A stretch of 64,000 bases of DNA from the IMG/VR virus record IMGVR_UViG_3300032053_000035; one strand, given 5' to 3'. Origin of the DNA: an uncultured virus (IMG/VR IMGVR_UViG_3300032053_000035) (Duplodnaviria > Heunggongvirae > Uroviricota > Caudoviricetes). Under the pieces are notes generated by a model, which did not search any database, was not told where the DNA came from, and saw only the letters and a list, made by a program, of their open reading frames with translations. Position numbers and translations under genes: made by a program. Shown piece after piece: positions 56,924 to 64,000 of this stretch. Numbering within the stretch: the stretch's first letter is position 1; every line of letters starts with the position of its first letter.

Positions 56924-57813
56924 TGAAATTGGCCACTTTGCCACCCTCAGCGCTAGAGAAATTGGTTAACCAAGGTAAGTCGATCTACGTGATTAACACG
57001 TCTAGCTTACCATCAGGCGATAAGGGCATGATCGTCGTTAACTTCTACGACGGCAATCAACGCGAGTTCTTCAAGATGCCACCGACCTATATCCCAATGG
57101 CCATATCAGATGCGATCCCATCTAAGCGCCTTATCGAGTCACGGGACTTCAAGCAATGTCTGCTGAAAGGCATGTTAACGCTAGTCACTCCTGAGTCCGC
57201 CGAGGCTTACCTTAGCCTACCAGAAGCACGAGAAGAGTATGATGCTTTGGTTCTTTCTGAGCATTCCCAAAAGAACCACAGGATTGATGTCGAAGCAGAG
57301 GTATCCCGCCGGTCGCGAGTGTCGCATCACTCCGATCACCAGGGCGCTGGCCCGGTGCAAGACACTTCCATGTCGGACTCCGTTTCTAACCGGGTAAGAG
57401 GCGTGATTGAGAGCTTGCGTTCTGGCGATCTTAGTGCCTCGGAAGCGCTGAGAACCCTTAAGCGGCATCAGTCGGCGCTGTCGCAGGTAGATTTTGATTA
57501 CGTGAGAACCAATATTGGCGATCCTGGAATAGAAGAGTGGGCCAGCAGAGCAGCTGAGGCTAGTGCGCCAGTGAAGAAAACATCGGTTGCCAAGAAAGCG
57601 CCTCCTGCACCTCCTGCACCCAAGAAGGCCGCCAAAAAGAAGGATGACGATTTTAAGTCATTTGACTTTGACGACGATGGGTCCGAAATGACCGCCGAGG
57701 AACGTGCGGCTGACGCTAGGGCCAGAGCTATGGCAGTAAGTCAGCAAGCCACCAATGGCCAGAGCAGAGCAGAAGAAGAGATCAACAACTTACTTTCTGG
57801 TGGTGGCCGGTAA
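56923..57813 (+). CDS. Hypothetical protein with a K/A/P-rich linker
   Basis: 296 aa with AGGAGG RBS. Confidence 0.8.
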   Translation: MKLATLPPSALEKLVNQGKSIYVINTSSLPSGDKGMIVVNFYDGNQREFFKMPPTYIPMAISDAIPSKRLIESRDFKQCLLKGMLTLVTPESAEAYLSLPEAREEYDALVLSEHSQKNHRIDVEAEVSRRSRVSHHSDHQGAGPVQDTSMSDSVSNRVRGVIESLRSGDLSASEALRTLKRHQSALSQVDFDYVRTNIGDPGIEEWASRAAEASAPVKKTSVAKKAPPAPPAPKKAAKKKDDDFKSFDFDDDGSEMTAEERAADARARAMAVSQQATNGQSRAEEEINNLLSGGGR

Positions 57814-57835
57814 CTCCCAACGTTTACTATTGTTG

Positions 57836-57860
57836 GCGGCACCGGCATGGCTGGTGCCGC
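57836..57860. terminator. Hairpin between convergent genes
   Basis: GCGGCACCGGC-ATG-GCTGGTGCCGC. Confidence 0.6.
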
Positions 57861-57876
57861 TCTTATACGCAATCGC

Positions 57877-58083
57877 TCAACCGTTTAGGCATATCCGATG
57901 CCCACGATGATCCCAGCTATCGTTGTCATCCTTACTGATACAAGGCGCAGTAAAAATTCCTGGACTGTCCTCCCAAAGGTCATCAGCTATCTCATAGAAG
58001 GCTGGCCACCATCCGCAGCTGTGGCATTCACCTTGTTTCGCCCAAGCTTTTTCCAGTAGTACCAGGGTTTCTTCATTGATCAT
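57877..58083 (-). CDS. Small Cys/His-containing protein
   Basis: ECHSCGW...PC...HRGH. Confidence 0.7.
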   Translation of the reverse strand: MINEETLVLLEKAWAKQGECHSCGWWPAFYEIADDLWEDSPGIFTAPCISKDDNDSWDHRGHRICLNG

Positions 58084-58093
58084 TTGCTATTTC

Positions 58094-59056
58094 CTACTGT
58101 TTGCTAATGCTGTGCTTGCATAACAGGCACAACACAACAGTAGCATACTCCCTTGGATAAATAACATTCTGTCTCATGCTAGCTCGGAAACTTATGATTT
58201 GCGGCCAAACATCTGCCAAAAGTGACGGAGTAGTTATCATGGCGCTGTCCAGAGCTTCGTCTAATAGCGCTACGTCGTATGGCGATACATCGGGCCTATT
58301 TATTTGCGCTATATGGCCATAGTTAGCAGCCCTTGGATCTTGTACGATTTTTCTGATGACGTCCGACCACACGATGCGGCTCTCTTCTTCCTCAGGCATG
58401 CCGCCGTCAATTAGGGACGAGAGGTTTCGGACAGTTAGCTTTAACAGGTCCCTAGCGTGCCCACGGGAAGATTGCCATAGCGACTGTGCCGCCTCTTTTG
58501 ATACGGTCAATTCACCTCCTGATGCTAGCCTTATCAGTGTTCGTACCTCCTCCTTTGGCAACGGCTTTGTTTCTAGGCATAAACACCGAGACCTAATCTG
58601 CGGCTGAATTTTGATTGGGTCCGATGTTACCAAAATGAACATGTTGCCTCTGGGTGGCTCTTCTAGTACCTTTAGCAACGCCGTTTGGGCATGCGACACA
58701 TAGCCATGAAACTCGTCAATGATAAAGGCACGTTTGCCTCCTGCTGGGTGATATCTGGTTTGGTCTATTATTGCTCTGACGTCATCTATCTTGCGATCGT
58801 CGCCAGCATTAATTTCTTTGACATCATGACCTCTTGCTCCTGCCATATCGGCAATAATCCTGGCCAGCGTAGTTTTGCCGGTACCAAACGGGCCGGATAA
58901 CATAATAGCGGTTGGTATTGCTCCTGGGTTTTCCTCCCACATCGATACTACTGAGATAAGATGGTCCGAACCAAGTAGTTCCCCTAGGCTGGTCGGTCTA
59001 AACGCAAGTATCTTTTGCGACAGTTCGGCTATATTCACTTTGTTTTCCTTTGGCAA
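58094..59056 (-). CDS. dnaX: DNA polymerase III gamma/tau-like clamp-loader ATPase
   Basis: RP...ELLG, GPFGTGKTT, EINAG...IDDVR, IIDEFH, ALLKVLEEPP and IRSRC. Confidence 0.85.
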   Translation of the reverse strand: MPKENKVNIAELSQKILAFRPTSLGELLGSDHLISVVSMWEENPGAIPTAIMLSGPFGTGKTTLARIIADMAGARGHDVKEINAGDDRKIDDVRAIIDQTRYHPAGGKRAFIIDEFHGYVSHAQTALLKVLEEPPRGNMFILVTSDPIKIQPQIRSRCLCLETKPLPKEEVRTLIRLASGGELTVSKEAAQSLWQSSRGHARDLLKLTVRNLSSLIDGGMPEEEESRIVWSDVIRKIVQDPRAANYGHIAQINRPDVSPYDVALLDEALDSAMITTPSLLADVWPQIISFRASMRQNVIYPREYATVVLCLLCKHSISKQ

Positions 59057-59202
59057 CTAACATTGGGAAACAGTTTTTATATCATCATAGGCTCAAAGTT
59101 TTTACTTTAGACTTCGGTGTCCAAAAACTAAAAGGTTAAGACTGCATTACGGCAGCTAGCCGCTAGCTCCCATGACAAACAAGCGTACTAAACGGAGGGC
59201 TT

Positions 59203-60255
59203 ATGCTCCTAAGAGATTCCTATGTGCCAGAAACCAATGATACGTCAGACCGCATTTTGCCTTGGATACCAAAAGCAGTACCTGCCGTGGAACCAAAAGG
59301 ACTAAGGAAGCCTCGCATAGTTTACGCTCCATTCGAATACCAAAAAGCCTACGACTACTGGCACAAGCAGCAGTGCGCACACTGGCTCCACACGGAGATA
59401 AACCTGGCGCAGGACCTGCAAGACTGGAGCGTGATGTCCAGCCTGGATAAGCACGTGGTAGGATCGGTGCTCAAGGGTTTCGTCCAAGCTGAGGTAGTGA
59501 TCGGTGATTATTGGAGTACTAAGGTGTCATCTTGGTTCCCTAAACCTGAGATAGCCCTGATGTGTGGCGCCTTTGCCGCTATGGAGGGTGTCCACCAAAC
59601 TAGTTATGCCTATTTAGGCGATACCCTGGGCCTTGACGATTACAAGGCTTTCTTAGAGGAACCAACCGCTCGGAGCAAAATAGATCGACTCGTATCAGCT
59701 CCGCGTGACGCCAATAATCACGATGTCGCAGTGTCGCTAGCGTCATTTTCGGCGTTTGGCGAGGGTGTCAGCCTTTTCTCCTCTTTTGCGGTTCTTCTTC
59801 ACTTTTCCACAAGAAATATGCTAAAAGGTACCGGCCAAATCATCTCATTTTCTATAAGAGATGAGTCCTTGCATTCAGAGGCAGGATGCTGGTTGTTCAA
59901 GGAATTCATGGCGGAAGAGCCGTCCTTGTTTTCTAAGCGTCTTACTTCTGACATCAAGGAAGTGGCTCGCGAGACCGTGCGGCTCGAAGAAAACGCAATT
60001 GACCAAATATTTGACGGCGGGGCGCTTGGATCTTTTACTCCGCAGCACCTAAAAGCCTTTATTAAGTTACGTGCTAACAAAAAGCTGCAGGAAATAGGTG
60101 TACAGTCAATCTTTGGCAAAATCGATGAACAGGCGGTGGCTAAGACCATGGGCTGGTTTGATGCTATTTCAGCAGGACGTGAGCACGCGGATTTCTTTGC
60201 TACGAGAGTGACCGAGTACGGCACTACCGATGGCAATTGGGAAGAAATTTGGTAA
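59203..60255 (+). CDS. nrdB: Class I ribonucleotide reductase beta subunit
   Basis: HWLHTEI, E..H...Y, EGVSLFSSF, RDESLH and DFFATRVTEY. Confidence 0.95.
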   Translation: MLLRDSYVPETNDTSDRILPWIPKAVPAVEPKGLRKPRIVYAPFEYQKAYDYWHKQQCAHWLHTEINLAQDLQDWSVMSSLDKHVVGSVLKGFVQAEVVIGDYWSTKVSSWFPKPEIALMCGAFAAMEGVHQTSYAYLGDTLGLDDYKAFLEEPTARSKIDRLVSAPRDANNHDVAVSLASFSAFGEGVSLFSSFAVLLHFSTRNMLKGTGQIISFSIRDESLHSEAGCWLFKEFMAEEPSLFSKRLTSDIKEVARETVRLEENAIDQIFDGGALGSFTPQHLKAFIKLRANKKLQEIGVQSIFGKIDEQAVAKTMGWFDAISAGREHADFFATRVTEYGTTDGNWEEIW

Positions 60256-60275
60256 TACAATGCTAAGAGGGCATA

Positions 60276-62015
60276 ATGTCTCAGACTTGGAAACGCGGTA
60301 TCGACTATCCTGAATTTCTAACGGAAGAGGGCTTAACTACCCTTAAGGGCGGATATTTACTTGATGGCGAAACGCCTATGCAGATGTATGCCCGTGTTGC
60401 TCATGCTGCGGCTAGTAATGTGCACCGGACTGATTTAGAAGCCCCCATGTTCGAAGCCCTAATTAAGAATTGGATCTGTTTGGCGTCACCAGTTGCGGCC
60501 AATGTAGGAACCACGCGGGGGTTGCCAATATCTTGCTTTGGTTTGACAGTATCTGACAGCGTGGCTGGTATTTCAACGGCTTACAACGAACTGATGATGA
60601 TGGCAAAAGGTGGGGGCGGCGTTGGCGTTTCTTGGAGTGGCGTCCGGGGAAGGGGCACCAAGATTGCCCAAAACGGCGTCTCCAATGGCACCATTCCCTG
60701 GATCAAGGTGCAAGACTCTCTGACAGCCGCCGTTAACCAGGGGTCGGTACGCAATGGTGCCTCCTCCGTCTACATGAGCATTAACCATCCTGACATCGAA
60801 GAGTTTATTAGGATTCGTCGTCCTAAGGGTGACCCAAACACGCGCTGCCATAACCTCCATCATGCTGTTGTATACGATGACGCCTTTATGCAAAAGGTAG
60901 AGCTTGGTGATCCGGAAGCCAGGAAGCTCTGGATGGAAACTATCAAGATGAGGAAGGAGACCGGCGAGCCCTACCAGATGCACATCGACAACGTCAATCG
61001 CAAAAGGCCTAAAGCTTATGTAGACAACGGCTTGTTTGTTACTATGTCACAGCTGTGCTCAGAAATTGTTTTATACTGCGACGAGACGCATTCGTTTGTT
61101 TGCTGTTTGTCTTCTATGAACCTGGCTAGATACCATGAGTGGAAGGGAAAAGGCATCCCTTACCTAGCCACCTGGCTCCTAGACGGGGTTATGCAGGACT
61201 TCATCAACAAAGCCGAAGGCCTACCTGGCATGGAGAAAGCCAGGCGTTTCGCAGTAAAATCTCGGGCTCTTGGCCTGGGCGGATTAGGCTGGCATTCGCT
61301 GTTGCAAGCAGAGATGACACCGTTCAACTCGTTGCGAGCCAAAATACTAAACAAGGCCATCTGGAAAGAAATAAGAGAGGATGCCGACAGGGCGTCGCAG
61401 GACATGGCCAAATATTTGGGCGAAGTGGAATGGACTAAGGGCCTTGGTGAGCGACATACGCACAAATTGGCCATTGCTCCGACTACCTCCAATGCCACTA
61501 TGTCATCAGATAGTAATGGACACACCGTGTCCTTCTCCATCGAACCGTGGCCAGGCAACATATTCACGCAGAAGTCAGCAAAGGGCACGTTTGTTCGTTA
61601 CAACCCGATGTTTACCAAGATGTTGGAAGAGCACAAAAAGTTTACACCGGACGTCATCCAGTCAGTTGTGGAGGCCCGTGGCTCCGTCCAGCATTTGTCC
61701 TTTCTTACTGACGAACAACGAGAAGTATTCAAAACGGCCTATGAGATTGACCAGTTTGCTATCATTGAGCAGGCAGCAGACAGACAAGAGTTCTTGGACC
61801 AAGGCCAGTCGCTCAACCTTTTCTTTAAGGCTGACGTTGACCTAAGGTACTTCAACGCTGTCCACTTAGACGCATACAAAAAGGGTCTGTTTACACTGTA
61901 CTATGTGCGATCTGAGTCACCAATACAAGGTGATACTGGCGTATCTACTAAATCTGATGACACCGACCTATTTACCCCTATAGAACCAGCCGAGTGCACT
62001 TCCTGCGAAGGATAA
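60276..62015 (+). CDS. nrdA: Class I ribonucleotide reductase alpha subunit (short, no ATP cone)
   Basis: ISCF, GGGVG, LCSEI, AIAPT, DQGQSLN, TLYY and C-terminal CTSCEG. Confidence 0.95.
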   Translation: MSQTWKRGIDYPEFLTEEGLTTLKGGYLLDGETPMQMYARVAHAAASNVHRTDLEAPMFEALIKNWICLASPVAANVGTTRGLPISCFGLTVSDSVAGISTAYNELMMMAKGGGGVGVSWSGVRGRGTKIAQNGVSNGTIPWIKVQDSLTAAVNQGSVRNGASSVYMSINHPDIEEFIRIRRPKGDPNTRCHNLHHAVVYDDAFMQKVELGDPEARKLWMETIKMRKETGEPYQMHIDNVNRKRPKAYVDNGLFVTMSQLCSEIVLYCDETHSFVCCLSSMNLARYHEWKGKGIPYLATWLLDGVMQDFINKAEGLPGMEKARRFAVKSRALGLGGLGWHSLLQAEMTPFNSLRAKILNKAIWKEIREDADRASQDMAKYLGEVEWTKGLGERHTHKLAIAPTTSNATMSSDSNGHTVSFSIEPWPGNIFTQKSAKGTFVRYNPMFTKMLEEHKKFTPDVIQSVVEARGSVQHLSFLTDEQREVFKTAYEIDQFAIIEQAADRQEFLDQGQSLNLFFKADVDLRYFNAVHLDAYKKGLFTLYYVRSESPIQGDTGVSTKSDDTDLFTPIEPAECTSCEG

Positions 62016-62137
62016 GCCACGATAACACAGTATTAACTTTCTGGTAGGAGATATTTCTCCTGCCAGATTTCCGTCTGCTTGCCATTCGATAAAACACGCT
62101 AACCGAGCTGTTACTTCGGAGTGACTTAGGAGACAAA

Positions 62138-62842
62138 ATGGATGGAAACTTAGCCAAAACCAAAAAGAAAAAGCGCAAGACTGCAGCTGAGAAACGAGCC
62201 ATAGCAGCGGCCAAGGCGGCTGTTAGCCAAGCGGAAGCAAAAGCTGTCTCACTCGCCCTAGCGGAAAACGATAACGGCCAAGCCATTGCCGTAGAAGTAC
62301 ACAAAACACCGGTTGCCAAGAAGAAGCGGAAAACTGCTGCTGAGAGACGAGAGGCAGCTAAGATAAGGGCTACTGCAGAGGCTGAGGCGGCAAGTAAGCC
62401 AGTTAGCCAAGGTCCAAAAATATCTCAGTGGCTCAGCCTGTTCGCTAAGGACAGGTTGACTGACGCCGAGCTTGCCACGATAGAAAACGATTATGTTATT
62501 CCTAGCGAAGTCATGTACGACCCAAGGGTGGAGTTGGAAAGGACCGCTAGGCGCAAGTTGGCCACGTTAGCTTTTCAGCAGCGCTCCGTGCAGCAGTCCT
62601 TGGCTTCCATTGGTGGGAGTGATATTCCGGTATTGGACGAGTTCTTCCCGAGCCCGGAGGCCATTTTAGTAGCCGCCGACAGGCTAAGCCGTGATGCAGC
62701 AGTCCTTAGGCAAGTCAAGGGCAAGGCAGACAAGACGCACGTGCAGCTGGACCGTATGTCTGCTTTTCTTATGGCTTGGCATAAGTTTGTGACAGCAGAG
62801 GTAAGGAAAACAAAAGTGGCTATTGGCTACTCACAAGATTAG
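62138..62842 (+). CDS. Hypothetical protein with duplicated basic KKKRKTAAExR motif
   Basis: AGGAG RBS; the motif occurs twice in the N-terminal 75 aa. Confidence 0.8.
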   Translation: MDGNLAKTKKKKRKTAAEKRAIAAAKAAVSQAEAKAVSLALAENDNGQAIAVEVHKTPVAKKKRKTAAERREAAKIRATAEAEAASKPVSQGPKISQWLSLFAKDRLTDAELATIENDYVIPSEVMYDPRVELERTARRKLATLAFQQRSVQQSLASIGGSDIPVLDEFFPSPEAILVAADRLSRDAAVLRQVKGKADKTHVQLDRMSAFLMAWHKFVTAEVRKTKVAIGYSQD

Positions 62843-62866
62843 TGTTATGTTAACGGAGATGGTTAC

Positions 62867-63055
62867 ATGAAGAAAGCTAGTTTAATGTTGATCAAGGCTG
62901 GTATACAGGTAAGCAATGGAAAAATCAGAAAGGATGACTTGGCAAGAGCAACGTTTGTGTTATCCAACGATCTGAGCCTTCCGGAGTCTATCGCAGCAGA
63001 CGCAGATGTTAGTATAACTGTGACGATAAGTGGTCTACCAAGTCCGAGTAAGTAA
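62867..63055 (+). CDS. Small protein consisting mostly of the tag motif
   Basis: LIKAGIQVSNGKIRKDDLARATFVLSN; GGAG RBS. Confidence 0.75.
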   Translation: MKKASLMLIKAGIQVSNGKIRKDDLARATFVLSNDLSLPESIAADADVSITVTISGLPSPSK

Positions 63056-63634
63056 ATGATTGATCCGCTAGCTATTTGGAAATCAGAGTTTGCTAAGCTA
63101 CCTCTTGACCCTACCGGCGCTGCCGGAGCGCTTAATTTAGCTAAATACATAAACGCCAGAGTGTCTAACAAGCTTGGCATGTCGCCAAAGGTGGCCGCTG
63201 TTGACGCTCCGGCCAAGGCTGTTTTTACTTGGCAACCGTCAGTTTTTGTGGCCTCACTTCTTGGCCTCACTTTTTCGCCAGTGGCTGCTGTCGGCGCTCT
63301 CAAAATGTCCTCGGCCTGGGCGTCAGCTACTCAGGCATCTACGTTTATTGTGGCGCCCGGTGCCGTCATTTCTCCGCCCCCGCCCCCGTCCACCGGCGCA
63401 TCGTCAGTAATTACGTTGTCAATCGTAGAGCCGCCTAGCATAGTCAAGTCCCAGCAAGCTCTGTTCAAAGGGCTGTTGTCGGCTGGCCAGGCTGCTACCG
63501 CACTGGAGTCAGAAATGCCTAAACTTCTCTATGAAGCTTTTCTAGGACTAACCTTTGCCGTTTCCGGCCTAGATACTACCCCTACTCCGGCTGGGCCACT
63601 ACCTATCACACTGATAGGCGTGCCAGCCGAGTAA
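63056..63634 (+). CDS. Hypothetical A/P/S-rich protein
   Basis: 192-aa ORF starting in frame immediately after the TAA of 62867..63055. Confidence 0.7.
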   Translation: MIDPLAIWKSEFAKLPLDPTGAAGALNLAKYINARVSNKLGMSPKVAAVDAPAKAVFTWQPSVFVASLLGLTFSPVAAVGALKMSSAWASATQASTFIVAPGAVISPPPPPSTGASSVITLSIVEPPSIVKSQQALFKGLLSAGQAATALESEMPKLLYEAFLGLTFAVSGLDTTPTPAGPLPITLIGVPAE

Positions 63635-63636
63635 GG

Positions 63637-64000
63637 TTATGTGCTGCGACCGCTAAGATACGCCACTGGCGTACCGGCATTGACGCCAGTCATTACCAAT
63701 TGATTAAGTTCACTGATCCACAGCAAGTCATACCATGTTGTTATTGTTGTTATTGTGGCAAAGGTAGCAATACCAAAAGTCACCCCATCAGCAGTAATCG
63801 GTCTTGTAAGGAAATTTAATGTACCGTTAGGCGGTGTTATGACAAATATACCAAGTGGATCAGCCCAAACAATCTTGCCTAATATTTGTGTAGTGCTGCC
63901 AGTGTTCCAAGTGGCGCCATCAACGCTATGCATAATCATTGCTGATCCGGCTGTTTGAACAGTAGCAGTACCAACAAACCTAGTTAGCCGCGACGACCAA
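63637..64000 (-). CDS. C-terminal part of a beta-propeller-like (Asp-box) putative tail protein
   Basis: The frame is open to the window edge; HSVDGATW and repeated W....L..FV blades. Confidence 0.65.
   Translation of the reverse strand, partial: WSSRLTRFVGTATVQTAGSAMIMHSVDGATWNTGSTTQILGKIVWADPLGIFVITPPNGTLNFLTRPITADGVTFGIATFATITTITTWYDLLWISELNQLVMTGVNAGTPVAYLSGRST

Noticed and set aside
59470..59500. Glu instead of Asp as the first metal ligand of NrdB, as a sign of class Ic
   Set aside because: The radical Tyr (E..H...Y) is retained, and this Glu variant is seen in other short-NrdA class I enzymes.
1..64000. Stop-codon reassignment (TAG or TAA read as Gln), suggested by in-frame continuations at 4756, 14412, 16029, 51367 and 63053
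   Set aside because: ORFs of 800-1500 aa are uninterrupted in code 11. TAG and TAA end genes cleanly next to starts or terminators (e.g. 48266, 5410, 7043), and no suppressor tRNA is visible.

Overview
This window is a gene-dense fragment of a large, probably jumbo, contractile-tailed phage in the standard genetic code. Long minus-strand virion modules include two paralogous giant tail/baseplate proteins, tail-collar-like proteins, a collagen-like fibre, baseplate J and a gp25-like protein. Replication and nucleotide genes include a RepB-type primase-domain protein, a DnaX-like clamp loader and class I RNR (nrdB-nrdA). Accessory genes include a Tad1 anti-defence sponge, an SLT lysin, RmlC, methyltransferases, KhpA, a Fis-like HTH, a CheY-like receiver, an HNH nuclease and ADP-ribosyltransferase (ART) domains. 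The main unusual signals are: (1) six scattered proteins share a ~27-aa L-x-K-A-G-I-x-V-x-N-G-K-I-x-K-x-D motif fused to different cargo regions, which may be a docking or packaging tag; (2) an FtsZ/tubulin-family gene has a LAGLIDADG intein inside its GGG|SGSG signature loop; (3) an intact RNase HI homologue has lost all four catalytic acids and lies near the primase gene and a candidate origin; (4) one protein fuses Nudix, SprT and ART domains; (5) there is a ~235-bp 5-bp-periodic GY array; (6) promoter-like direct repeats flank an AT-rich cassette; (7) a tRNA-like element has a broken anticodon arm. All family calls were made by eye from motifs; no database search was run.
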